Source: Salpingoeca rosetta (Eukaryota; Protista; Choanoflagellata). Taken from it: a stretch of DNA of 64,000 nt. How positions within the stretch are numbered: position 1 is the stretch's first letter; every line of letters starts with the position of its first letter. Positions 24,448 through 41,557 of the stretch are shown in pieces. The position numbers were made by a program, and so were the translations under genes. The notes beneath the pieces are model-generated. The model saw only the letters and a list, made by a program, of their open reading frames with translations. It was not told the DNA's origin and ran no database searches. The stretch is taken from positions 997,047 through 1,061,046 of the forward strand of contig JAWQFM010000027.1 of NCBI GenBank assembly GCA_033442325.1, in the 5' to 3' direction.

Positions 24448-24738
24448 GTGTGCGTGTGTGTGTTCGTTTGTAGCTTTGGGGTGGCGTGAGCTGTGGTTTT
24501 GGTGTTGCCGCTGTGCGCCGTCGGTGTCCTCGCTCTGAGGTTTCATCATCTCCTCTCGACACACTGGCCAGCAAAGGCCCTTTTTGTTCTGCGCCTCACC
24601 TTCTTGGCTTTCAATGATGGCTGCAGCTGTGTCGACACAGGTAAAGGGCGACCCCCACGAGATGATGCACGTTCCCAAGACGGGAGAAGAGAGCGCAGCC
24701 AACTGGATCAACCTCTCATCAGAAACGTATCGTGTGTG

Positions 24739-24831
<93 letters not shown>

Positions 24832-26221
24832 GCCAACGTGCGCCTGCATGTGTGTCGTGCAAATACCGATGTTCAGTTGACCATCGCTGTCACCGTGCTG
24901 CGCGCTGCAGGTTTGCTGAGAAGCTACAACGGCTGGACAACATCAAGGCCGAGATATCTCACATCAAACAGCGCATGAACGCGTGCGTCGCTTTGAACAC
25001 CGCTGTACCCTGTCTGCTGGAGACTCACACACGTCAGGCACACGTCGAGCACGAATTCACTCGTTTCCACACGAGCACACACACACACACATACACACAC
25101 AGACCTTGACTACGCGCTTACTCATTCACACACACACGCACACATCATGCACTGCAGGAAGGAGCACGAGATTGGGCTGCGGCGGGCGCTGCTGCGGAAG
25201 ATTGAGGCCAGCGCACGCATGACACACGTGCGCGAATACCGAAACGCCTGCATCACTGCCGTGCACGGAGGTGTGTGTGTGTATGTTTGCATCGACTTGC
25301 TACACGTGTGTGCATGTGCTTGCATTGCTGTTTGGGGTGCACTCGACCTCACGCCGTTCGTGACTGCAGACGAGCAAGCGGCGGAGATGCAGCGCAAACG
25401 CATCAGCGACGCAACAGATCGCATTGCTCGCCTCAAACGTCTCTGCCAAACATACAAACGTGGGTGTGACGGGCTGTCAGGTCGTGTCGCGTGCTACCAC
25501 TTGCTTGTGCGCGCTCTTTGTTGGTTTTTGGTGTCATACCAACATGCACACACACACATGTACATGTACGCGCCGCTGTGCCCTGCAGGACTGCTGCCTG
25601 CGCTCGATTCGCTGCTGGTGGTTGACAGCAACGATGAACAGGAGCAGGGGGAGACACTGCGTGAATTCTCAAGCAGGTGACGTGTCGTGATGGTGCTGTT
25701 CGGTGCTGTTGTGCTTGGTGTTCGATGCCCTTGCTTGTGCCTGCGCTGACTGTCCGTGCTGCCCGTGCCCACTGCGCCGCCGCCGCCGCCTCCACGTCTT
25801 AGGATGACGGAGGAGTTTGAGCAGGCGAAAGCATCCGATGGGCGCCCGCACGAGCACGCCATCATGCATCTCATCGACCAGTCGTTCCAGGTTTGTAGGT
25901 GTGTGTGTATGTGTGTGTGTATGTGTGTGTATGTGTGTGTATGTGTGTGTGTCGGGCAATACCTGTTTCGTTATGTATTCGGCATCATACACTCACCTCT
26001 TCCCCCATTCATTGGCGATCAGGACCCGACACCGCCGCTCGCCGTTGATCGCGTGCGCGTCCCCGACGATTCTCCGCACGCCGAAGGTCTGATCACATAT
26101 CCTATGTCTCATGCACCTGCTGCTGGCTGCCGTGGCTCGGAAGCTTTGCGATTGTTTTTGTTGTTTGCTCAGTAGTCGTTGGCATGCACACACACACACA
26201 CACACACACGCACACACACAC

Positions 26222-26262
<41 letters not shown>

Positions 26263-27613
26263 CACACACACACACACACACACACGCACACACACACACA
26301 CACGCACGCACACGTGTACGTTCACATGCACGTTGAATCATTTCCATGGTGTACCCTGGTGCTCTGCCACATGCACGTCGGCACTGTAGCCGTGCAGTCT
26401 GTGTTTGGGCGGACGGCGTTCTGGTGCCGCGACGGGGAGCAGCAGGCGCGCGCGTGTGTGCAGCGTGCGCGGCAGCAGCGGATACGGCGGTGCTTTGAGC
26501 TCATCCCCGTCATGGAGAACAGCATCTGGTCCATGACGCTTCCACGCAGCGGCGACGTCGTCACACGTGAGCATTGAAACCATGTCCTGCTGCGGGGCGA
26601 GGTGTTGTGCTATTGTGGTATTGTGGTGCGTGATGTGGTGCGTGATGCTTTGAACTGTGGTGTGTGACTTTCGGTGCTGTGGTGTGTGTCACCATGTGTC
26701 GTGGTGTTCCCCATCGTGAAGTCAGCGCTCACCCCCACACTTCCCCGCTCCTTCCTTTCTCCGACACCATCGCTGCAGCGTTCCGGGAGGCGCCGGAGCG
26801 GGTTGTGCTGACGTTGCGCTTGTGCGAGACGCTGATGGCGCTGGTCATGAACGCGCTGTCCACCACTCCAACGGCGTCAAAGGCAACCAAACCGCCATAC
26901 AAGGTGTGCCTACTGTTGCTGTTGTCGTTGCTGTCTGCTGTTGTTGCTGTTGTTGCTGTTGTTGCTGTTGCGGTGAACGCACGACTCGTGATGTGTTGGT
27001 CGCGCGCACGCACCAATCACACCAACCACACCAGTCACAGCGCACAATCACACCTCATGCCCCTTCACCACCACCACCACCACCACCGTCACCACCCTGC
27101 CACTGCATGTTGCTGCAGCCTGCTGGGGATGGAGAGGTGCCCAAGCACCGGCTCGACACGATCCAGGGCGCCAGTCAGCAGCAGGCCGAGGTGATGCTTT
27201 GATTGTTCCCTAGTTTGTCATGAGCACATGCACGTGACAACCGCAGTAGTGCGCGACACGGCAGCCGTAGAGCCTACAGCGCGCATTCCGCACTCAACTA
27301 CTCAGTCATGTTGCTCACTTCCTCATCCACACATTTACCCACGCACTCACTCACTCCCTCATTTCCTCTCCCCGCGTCCATCTCGCCCTCGCCCTCTTGC
27401 TGCAACCAGGACCGCGTGCTGGATGTGCACCGCTCCCTGTGCGAGCGCGCCGTCGTCACGTTTCTCCGCGATGGCGCCCTGCCCTCGGCGTTTCCCCCAG
27501 AGTACGATCAACCAGGGAGGGCGTGGTGTTGAGGGCTATTTGCGATGATGGAAATGATGGTGGTGGTGCCAGGTCACACCATGTGTCGACCACGCACTCG
27601 TGACCAAACAACA

Positions 27614-27648
<35 letters not shown>

Positions 27649-27803
27649 GCAAACTCTGCAGTGTCTCTGGCTCGAGCTTCCTGGCCATCATTCTTCGCTG
27701 CTGCAATCCAGAGATCAACCCAAACCTCGGCGCAGGCAGACCCCTCACAGGTGCTGTTGTGTGTGTGTGTGTGTGTGTGTGTATGCGTGTGTGTGTGTGT
27801 GTA

Positions 27804-27870
<67 letters not shown>

Positions 27871-27986
27871 TTGCGTGGTTGCTCACACCAGCACCTCTCC
27901 CCCCACCTCGCCTCTTGCTCTTGCTGTTGCCTGCAGACGAGACGATGGAGGCCATTTTCGCGCGGAAACCAGCGCCCCGATCTTGA
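23649..27986 (+). CDS. ATG14: ATG14 (Barkor)-like subunit of the autophagic PI3K-III complex, multi-exon
   Basis: N-terminal Cys cluster CSALC...[12 protein letters not shown] (cf. ATG14 CPLC...TCAKCVQSGDF). Coiled coil [19 protein letters not shown]; [15 protein letters not shown]; C-terminal [27 protein letters not shown] (cf. LMYLVSPSSEHLGRSGPF). Divergent, and the start codon is uncertain. Confidence 0.6.
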
Positions 27987-28507
27987 TGGCTCTCATGGCA
28001 TGGCATGGCATGTCTTGCTGAACAGATAAACTGGCACTCTGTATTTGTTGGGTCTCACACTTGATTGACACAGAACACACACTTCAAAACCACACGGTGA
28101 TACACACATTGTGATGCGCTTGTTGTTGCTCTACACGCCAACACGCACCTCGAGTAAATGAACAGTCACAGCCACGTCATCACAACAACCACATTCGCCT
28201 TTGCCAGCGCACAACGCATTTTCCATCTGTTTCGTCTGACACCTGAGGGAAAACTCAGCACACACGCAGCCATGTGCACAAACACGATACAGCACACACA
28301 CACACACACACGTGTACACAAACACACAAACACACGTGTACACAATACACACGACACACAAACACATGTACACAGCACACACGTGCACGAGGGAACCATG
28401 TGGAATGGCCACATCGAAGAGAGCAAACATCGCCATTCTCGACACCAAGGAACCGAAACAGGCGCAGCATGCAGCCAGTGCGTGTGTGCGCTGTCCATCC
28501 ATGCGGC

Positions 28508-29777
28508 TTAGACGTTCATGTTGAGGAGGAGGTTCTTGCCGCCGGGGAGGTACGCCACGTTCCTTGATCGCGACAGCGTGCCAGCAATGTCCTTGGCAGC
28601 CTGTTGTTGACGTGGGCCATAGTGGTGGTGGTGGACGATGATGAAGCAGAGAGAAGAGAGGAGAGAGAAAAGAGAGAGTGAGTGTGTGAGTGTGCGCGTG
28701 TGCAAGAGAGAGAGAGTGTGTGTGTGAGTGAGTGAGTGAGTGGTGTGTGTGTGTGTATGTGTGTGTGAGCCAGAAACGAAGGCATACAAACAAAGCACAG
28801 CATTAGCGCAAAGTGCAGGGCAAGCCATGGAAGATGCACACGCGAGAGAAAGAGCAAGCACAAAACAGCGGACCTCAATCTTCCTGAGCTCGATGAGACC
28901 GGTGCCGTGCTCCTGCAGGGCGTTGCTGATCAGCTTGGCCGCCTGTGGCGTCGCGGCCGCGCACACGCGTGAAGAGAAGGGGGAACAGGCGTTAGTGAGT
29001 GAATAAGAACGGTGAGAATGGGGGGGGGGGGAGAGGGTTCGAGTTTGTGAGTGTGTAACACCACACGGGAACGCAAGAAAAAAGAACACATCACCAATCA
29101 CCACAACGCACATCATCACAATACACCATAGCACAACAAAGCGGCCGCGCAAACAAGGCACAAAGTCGCGTGTGTGCGCACCTTGGAGTCACCCTCGGCG
29201 CGGATGATGTTTGCAATCTTCTCCTGCTCTGCGCGCTCGACAAGGAAGCGGGCGCGCTCCGCCTCCTGCTGCGCAACCTGCTTCAGCTCGACGGCGTGGG
29301 TGAACTCGTGGCCAAAGGTGAGGTGGGTGATGGAGATGTCGTCCAGGATGATGTGGAAGTCGCGGGCGCGCGAGTTGAGGGCCTCGCGGCACTTCATCGA
29401 CACAATCTCACGCTGCGTAATCAGCTCAGCCGCATCGTGCTGGGCCTGCGGATACAGGTAAGATGGGGATGAACAAGGGTGCGGGTGCGGGTGGGGTGGG
29501 GAAGAGGTGTCGGAAGGGAAGAGAGAGGGACGTGCAGTGGTGAGTGGGATGCGGCAGTAGTGGTTAGTGTGAAACGCAGAGGGTGGCTGGTGTGACACAG
29601 TTAACAACGCGAAGACACATGCCGGCCAGCTACGTACCACAACGGCCTTGAGGATTTCGTGACCAATGGAGGGAAGCACACGCTCTGCGTAATCGGTACC
29701 GTAGTTCTGAACGCAGTCATGTGCAATTTTGTGTGTGTGTGTGTGTGTGCGTGTGTGTGTGTGTGTGTTGTGTTGGG

Positions 29778-29839
<62 letters not shown>

Positions 29840-30561
29840 TGTTGGGAGTTTGTTTGTGTGTGTGTGTGTGTGTGTTGGGAATTTGTTTGTGAGTGCCAAA
29901 GGGTTGGGAAGGAGAAGAAGCATGCGAAAGCGCGCAAGAGCCGCGACGAGCGCACGCAGAAGCACAAAGCAGGCCACACACACGAGAGCATCACACGAAG
30001 CCCAATGTGGCCGAGACAGACAAACCTTGAAGATCCAAGGGAGAGACTTGACCTCCGGCCTGTAGAGGATACGGAGTGTGATGTTGACGTTCTGCAAATC
30101 TGTGGATGGAGAGAGGGAGAGGGAGGTTGAGAGGGGTCACAGCGTTGATGTGTGTGTGTGTGTGTATTTGCGCATGACTTGTGCGAGGGTGCATGGCTTG
30201 TGGCTATGACCGAAAACCACACGACCGACAAGACAAGACAAGAGTTAGCAAACAAAAGCAGTGCTGTTGGCTACCTTTGCTTGGTGTGGTGACGGGGATG
30301 TTGCGGGGCTGGCTGCGCACGTCGTAGATGATGGGGCGCTGCACAACGGGAATCATAAAGTGGGTGCCCTCGGGCCTCACAATCTCAGACACACCACGGA
30401 ACTGATCGAAGATGACTGCGCGGTGGCCACCGTCGACTGTGTGTCGTGGAGTGTGTGCATGAGTGTGCATTGTGTGAGTGGAGGAGTGCGAGGCAAGGAG
30501 ACGAAAAAGAAGGATGAGTGCCAGAGCTTGGGGGGAAATAGTGCGGCAACAACCCCGCCAT

Positions 30562-30597
<36 letters not shown>

Positions 30598-30751
30598 CGC
30601 ACACACTACGCGCGCGCGCACACACACACGCAACACTACGCACACAAACAAACATACAACACACACCATCGTAGAGCGCGCCCTGGATGACGGCGCCGCC
30701 AAAGGCAATGCCGGCACCAATCCAGCCAATCCTGGTCAAGAGTGCAGCCAT
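28508..30751 (-). CDS. PHB1: Prohibitin 1, 7 exons
   Basis: [92 protein letters not shown] and [10 protein letters not shown]; complete in-frame splicing. Confidence 0.97.
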
Positions 30752-31193
30752 GTCTGCAAGTTTTGTGTTGACTGTGTGTGTGTGTGGGTAGGTGGGGGAC
30801 GAAAGGGGTTCTGTCTGTTTGGGACAAAAGACCAAAAGCAGACGCAGTTGTGAGATGGGCGTTCGAGGAATGCACACGCACACACGCACACACATGTGCC
30901 ATACACACAGCTCTCCCAGTGTTGCTGCTCCCTTGCTGCACGCCTTGCACCCCCCACATACAACACAGCGCGCACGCACCTTCCGCCTTCTTTTGTATCT
31001 GTGGTCGTGTGTGTGTGTGGAAATGTGTTTCGCTGATTTGCACGCCACACCGCGTGGTGTGAAAGATATTGCAATGTTTCCACACTGCACGGAGACCTGT
31101 CAATGTTGACAGCTGTGTTAGCAACACCATAAACTGCAGCGAGTCCTGACACCACACGAAACACACGAAACGGAAACCGCGAAGACGACAAAG

Positions 31194-31434
31194 ATGAGCG
31201 GCCACAACGCAAAGCGGTTTCAGCACCTCTGCCTGCATGAGCAGGTGAACTGGCAGCGGTTCAGGGAGGTGTGGATGGCGGCGCCCATCCAGTCCATTGC
31301 AGAGTTTGCAACTGCCATCGAGGCCACCACAGGCCACGCCCCAAAACTGTGTGTTTGTCTGTATGTGTGTGGTGCAATTTGTTTGTGTGCAAGTGTGTGT
31401 GTGTGTTTGCGTGTGTGTGTGTGTGTGTGCAAGC

Positions 31435-31466
<32 letters not shown>

Positions 31467-31600
31467 TTGTGTGTTTGCGTCACGCCATCCGCAAGTTTGC
31501 TGTTTTGCGGTGCTTGCTCACTGACTGTCTTGGAGCAACAAACACACGCTCCATACATCCGAGTCTTGGCGCTGGCCAGTGCGCCCCCACTCGCTCTCTT

Positions 31601-31679
<79 letters not shown>

Positions 31680-33070
31680 NNNNNNNNNNNNNNNNNNNNN
31701 NNNNNNNNNNNNNNNNNNNNNNNNNNNNNNNNNNNNNNNNNNNNNNNNNNNNNNNNNNNNNNNNNNNNNNNNNNNNNNNNNNNNNNNNNNNNNNNNNNNN
31801 NNNNNNNNNNNNNNNNNNNNNNNNNNNNNNNNNNNNNNNNNNNNNNNNNNNNNNNNNNNNNNNNNNNNNNNNNNNNNNNNNNNNNNNNNNNNNNNNNNNN
31901 NNNNNNNNNNNNNNNNNNNNNNNNNNNNNNNNNNNNNNNNNNNNNNNNNNNNNNNNNNNNNNNNNNNNNNNNNNNNNNNNNNNNNNNNNNNNNNNNNNNN
32001 NNNNNNNNNNNNNNNNNNNNNNNNNNNNNNNNNNNNNNNNNNNNNNNNNNNNNNNNNNNNNNNNNNNNNNNNNNNNNNNNNNNNNNNNNNNNNNNNNNNN
32101 NNNNNNNNNNNNNNNNNNNNNNNNNNNNNNNNNNNNNNNNNNNNNNNNNNNNNNNNNNNNNNNNNNNNNNNNNNNNNNNNNNNNNNNNNNNNNNNNNNNN
32201 NNNNNNNNNNNNNNNNNNNNNNNNNNNNNNNNNNNNNNNNNNNNNNNNNNNNNNNNNNNNNNNNNNNNNNNNNNNNNNNNNNNNNNNNNNNNNNNNNNNN
32301 NNNNNNNNNNNNNNNNNNNNNNNNNNNNNNNNNNNNNNNNNNNNNNNNNNNNNNNNNNNNNNNNNNNNNNNNNNNNNNNNNNNNNNNNNNNNNNNNNNNN
32401 NNNNNNNNNNNNNNNNNNNNNNNNNNNNNNNNNNNNNNNNNNNNNNNNNNNNNNNNNNNNNNNNNNNNNNNNNNNNNNNNNNNNNNNNNNNNNNNNNNNN
32501 NNNNNNNNNNNNNNNNNNNNNNNNNNNNNNNNNNNNNNNNNNNNNNNNNNNNNNNNNNNNNNNNNNNNNNNNNNNNNNNNNNNNNNNNNNNNNNNNNNNN
32601 NNNNNNNNNNNNNNNNNTTGTGTGTGTGTGTGTGTGTATGCTGCTTTGTGTGTGTGTGTGTGTGTGTGTATGCTGCTTTGTGTGTGTGTGTGCTGCTGTG
32701 TGTGTGTGTGTGTGTGTGCTGCTTTGTGTGTGTGTTGATTGATTGTTGTTTGTGTGTGCACTCTGTTCATGGGTGTTTATCAGTGCTGACCCACCAACTC
32801 TCCCCTCTCCTGCTGCTCCTCTTCATGCGGCTGTTGATGTGATGTTGATGTTGGGTCTGTCCAGGTGCATTTGGCGGGAGCGTGTGGGTGAAGTCTGTGC
32901 TGCAGTGGCTGGCGGCCTCGCGTGCTGGCAGACCAATGAAGTGCGTTGCGCTGCTGCCACTGCTGTTGATGTTCAATGGCACATGCAGTTGCTGTCACGC
33001 CTGTTGTGGTCTCACCTTTACAACAACACTTGCTTGCATGTTTGCACTGCACGCACATCTTTTGCACGCT

Positions 33071-33125
<55 letters not shown>

Positions 33126-33341
33126 GCGCGCGCATACACACACACACACAACAGGTACTACATGTTTGACGCTGGGGAGGAGTTTGCGACGTCGCTTGAG
33201 CAGCTGTCGACACAGCTGTGCAATGATGGCGTGACGGTGGCGCGGGTGTACGATGTCATGCTCACGTTTGCACAACTCAATGAACCGCCACACAAACTCC
33301 ACGCCTTCCTCGCAGCATCGCTTGCGCACCACGACGCGTGA
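31194..33341 (+). CDS. PARG: Poly(ADP-ribose) glycohydrolase; central exons lost in assembly gap 31680-32617
   Basis: Exons 32865-32940 and 33155-33341 read GAFGGSVWVKSVLQWLAASRAGRPMKYYMFD...LCNDGVTVARVYDVML, matching the PARG C-terminus (GCGAFGG..K..IQWLAAS..R...YYTF). The first exon (ATG 31194) is assigned by position only. The catalytic GGG..QEE motif is not visible. Confidence 0.72.
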
Positions 33342-33348
33342 AACCTGT

Positions 33349-33386
<38 letters not shown>

Positions 33387-33644
33387 TGTGTGTGTGTGTC
33401 TGTGTGTGTGTCTGTGTCTGTCTGTCTGTCTGTCTGCGTGTGTGTGCATTGCAGTGCCACAGTCTGCTGTTGAATTGTTATTGGCTGTTCTTGGCATCTC
33501 TAATCTCTTGTGTAAACGACAGTGAACCACAACTCCTGCGCGTCCAACCAGCCACACAAACAAACACGCAAGGCCACAGACGAAGATACATACACGTATA
33601 TGTATGCACAAAGAAGGCAAGAAGTGACATGGCGAGCTGCAACT

Positions 33645-37801
<4,157 letters not shown>

Positions 37802-38752
37802 GGTTGGTTGTGGGGATGTGTGTGTGTGTGGTTGGTGTGGTTGGTGTGGTTGGTGGCACGTGTGTGGTGGGTGGTCGAATGGGAAATGCAAAAGCAACAG
37901 CATAAACTGTAGTCGAAACATGGTGTGCCCTTTTTTTTTGTGCTTGAAGCCCTTGATGACATGACGGGTGGTCGTGTGACGCGGCGATAACAGGATAACA
38001 GAACATGAACCTTTCCTCCTTTGCCTTCACGCCTTCAGGCCTTCTCTCCTGCTCTCCACACGTCACACATCAACCACACGCACTCATCACACGCACTCTC
38101 TGTCACACAAGCGACCACCCTCAGCGCATATTCTGAACTCTTCTTGGCAGCAGGCACAAAGCAAGCAAGCACGAACAAGAGGGCGGGCGGGACTGAATGA
38201 ACGGGGACAAAGGATACGTGTCCTCGTGTCATGTCCGCGGAACGAGCAGAAAGAACAGCATTACAGCAGGGAGCGGGAGAACACGTGAGAGAAAGAAGAG
38301 AGAATGAGGACACATCATGAGCGGCGAAATGATTACGCCAAAGCCAAAGTCACGTCTTCATGAAAAGAGAACGGTCAGAAGAACGCAACAACTAGAAGGC
38401 GACGGGAACGGGAACAATGAGTGACTTCAGTCACAAGTCGGAAGACCAAGGAGGTCGTTCCGTGTCACTATCAGAAGTAACAGAAGAAGACTCCGATAAA
38501 GCAACAGAGTCGACGAGAGTTTCAGGAGCAGAATCACGAACAAACGAGCATGTCACAGCAACAAGCAAATTGCTTGGTAGCAACAAGCTAAGAACAAAGC
38601 TATCACACACAAATACGCACATACGCAGGGCACGCACTCACACACGCACACACACACGCACACACACACGCACACGCACACGCACACACGCATAAACTCA
38701 TCGTGCATCGCGAGACTGGGAAGACGAGAGAGCCGTGGGGTTGTCAAGGGAA

Positions 38753-39874
38753 CTAGGTTGTCTTGCGAAGACGGTTGAAGTAGTCTTGCACGTCCATCTT
38801 GCCCCTGCCGCCCGTTTGATCCTCAAGACGCGCGGCCTCGTTCACCTCAGTGACGACTTTCGCGCTCCGGCGAAGGTCGTCGTCCACCGCTGCCCAAAAC
38901 CGCTGCTGAATCAGGTCATACAGGATGCAGTCGGTCCACAGCACCTGGCAGAAGAGGTCGCGCGTTGCCTGCGACACAACGACGGGGCCCTTCCCAACCT
39001 TCTTCAGGTGCGGGTAAACCACGTCCTTGTACGTCATATTGAGGTCTCGCTTGAGCAGCGCCATGGACAGGTCCCACTCCTCGTAAAGCAGCACAAAGTC
39101 AAGCGAATCGACAAACTCCTTTGCACGCTGCCGGAAGTTTGCGCTCTCCCGTGGCTCGTAGTCGTTTGCCAGGCCAAAGTCAAAGGCGTAGCCGATAAAG
39201 TGCAGTTGTCGCGCGTACTTGGCCACGTCGTCTCGCACCTCCGAGAGCGCGATGCGGTGGGTGGCCTCGCGCAACCATGCCTCGCGAATGTCGTTGCGGT
39301 CGAAGTGCAATTGCTGCTGGAGCTTCTTGTTGTTGTAGTAGCCGAGCGCTGAGATGAACCGGGTGATGGGGTCGCGCACGATGGTGAAGATCTTGGGGCG
39401 GTCGGGCGCCATGAGCTTGAGCAGCGTGGTGCGGGATGTCTCTGTCCAGCGAATGTGGGAGATGGCCGCCTTGAAGTGGAGCGGGTCGCGCCCGCACAAG
39501 GTGTGCGCCGGGTCGTCAAACTCTCGCGGGTACCCCAGGTGGTCATAGCAGGGAACGGCCGGCTTCAGGCCGCGACGCTCCAGCGCCTGCGCAAGCATGA
39601 CAGTCACGCTCGACGACCCCGTCTTGTGCGTCTTGATGAACACAAATCCAGGAATGTCATCATCGGTGGTTGTGTTGCTTCGGGGTTGGTTACCAGCGTT
39701 CATGCTGTTGCTGCGGACACTGCGGGCGCTGTGGCGGTTGTAGGTGGCAAAGCTGCCTCCTGCCCCAAAGTCTGCACGTGTGTTGATGATGGACAAGGCA
39801 ATCACCAGCAGGACGAGCACTGCTGAGGGGTGAAGCTGCGGCCGTTGCCGCAACCGATGAAAAGCAGCTACCAT
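38753..39874 (-). CDS. Single-exon galactose-3-O-sulfotransferase family protein (type II Golgi membrane), 373 aa
   Basis: N-terminal anchor AVLVLLVIALSII; 5'-PSB FVFIKTHKTGSSSV; 3'-PB FTIVRDPITRFISALGYY; FDFG, LDFVLLYEEWDLSMALLKR and DCILYD motifs as in the GAL3ST family. Confidence 0.85.
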   Translation of the reverse strand: MVAAFHRLRQRPQLHPSAVLVLLVIALSIINTRADFGAGGSFATYNRHSARSVRSNSMNAGNQPRSNTTTDDDIPGFVFIKTHKTGSSSVTVMLAQALERRGLKPAVPCYDHLGYPREFDDPAHTLCGRDPLHFKAAISHIRWTETSRTTLLKLMAPDRPKIFTIVRDPITRFISALGYYNNKKLQQQLHFDRNDIREAWLREATHRIALSEVRDDVAKYARQLHFIGYAFDFGLANDYEPRESANFRQRAKEFVDSLDFVLLYEEWDLSMALLKRDLNMTYKDVVYPHLKKVGKGPVVVSQATRDLFCQVLWTDCILYDLIQQRFWAAVDDDLRRSAKVVTEVNEAARLEDQTGGRGKMDVQDYFNRLRKTT

Positions 39875-40588
39875 TGTGTGTGCTGGTGTGTGCTGGTGTG
39901 TGTGTGTGCGCGTGCGTGCGTGAGTGTGTGTGTGTGTGTGTGTGGGGGGGGGGTGTATGCGAGTGCGTGTGGGTATGCGCGCGTGCGTGTGCGTCGCTGG
40001 ACTTGTGTACTGCGTTGCTCTTTGTCTTTGTCAGGTCAGGGCGTCACCATCAACGCTGTGAATGTCGTGGTGGCGTGAGCGTTGTGTGGCTGGTTGTCCA
40101 ATGATCCAACACAGCACTACAGCGCATATCGTTGCAACCAACCACTGAGCAGTGCTTGATTGGTCGGTCACGTCACAAGATTGGAGCAGAGACAAAGGGT
40201 TGCGTGAGGTGTTCACTTGGGTCATTGCTTCCCTTCGAATTCCGCAACACACGCCGGAGGCGGGAATTCCGTTACACACTGTTCGTGGCGTGTCCCAGCC
40301 ACTGTTGTGTGCGTGCTGGCGGTGGCGGGCCCGTTCGTCGTCAGTGCTGGTGTGGGAATCAGACTGCCGTTGTGACGACGGCCCAAACACTCTGGAGCTC
40401 GCGCTGCTTGACACGAAGCAATCGCTCGCCTTGACGTTCGGGGACGCGCAAACAGCACATCAAGCAAGCGAGCAAAATTTAGCCCACAATGGTTGGGTCA
40501 GTGACGAAAATGACGTCATCGATTGGGAACGCACGCGTGCACGCATGCAACAACCGCAATGCGCGTCCTCCTTGGTGACTGTGTGTGC

Positions 40589-40712
<124 letters not shown>

Positions 40713-40926
40713 TGTTTGGGTGCGCGTACACGTCCACCATACTCACACATCGCACGCATCCGTGTGCACGTGCACATGTAGCTGGAACCATTCACGTCTC
40801 AGGCAGGCCACCATCATGCAACGTTAGAACGTTGGCCACTGCCTGTATCCAAACAGCAGCGCGCGCGCGTGTGTGTGTGTATGTGTTTGTTTGTTTGTGT
40901 GTATGTGTGTTTGTGCGTGTGTGTGT

Positions 40927-40970
<44 letters not shown>

Positions 40971-41452
40971 CTCTGCTTCGGGTCATGGTGGTGCGCCCTC
41001 GTCTTCTCTTTGCTCGCCCACTGCATTGCAGCATTGCGCTGCAGATCTTGGTGGCGGTTTGTGGCGGGGCTTCGTGTTGCTGTATGCGGTGCTGCTTGGG
41101 GAGCAGGTATCCAGCATGCAAGCCGCCGGCTATGCGGGGGCGCTGTTGTCGTTTCTGATCGACGGTGCCGTGGGAGAGTCGGAGTGAAATAGACAAGTGC
41201 CGTCAACAAGCGCAATTGTGTCCTGTGCATTTGGGATTGTCACAGAAACTGAAACATGTGGGCATCGCAAATTAAGGAAGGAAGGAAACGCGGAAACGGG
41301 CGTGGTGTTGAAGAGACGCGGGGGCAACAGGCGCTTTGAGAAGGAACAGGATGGCCGGTTTAAGAAAGAAAAGAAACAGCACTCACACAATGCAGGCTGT
41401 GCGTGAACGCAAAAGTACACACACAATGCAGACTGTGCATGAACGCAAACGT

Positions 41453-41510
<58 letters not shown>

Positions 41511-41557
41511 CAACAACAAAGGTTGCATGTGAACGACATCGTCTCCACTCTTGGTGT

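Noticed and set aside
38417-38695. 92 aa Ser/Glu-rich ORF between DDX27 and the sulfotransferase
   Set aside because: Short, runs into a CA repeat, and has no recognisable homology.
40100-40580. About 140-codon non-repetitive open frame between the sulfotransferase and the Roco gene
   Set aside because: No clear ATG, motif or codon bias; cannot be supported as a gene.
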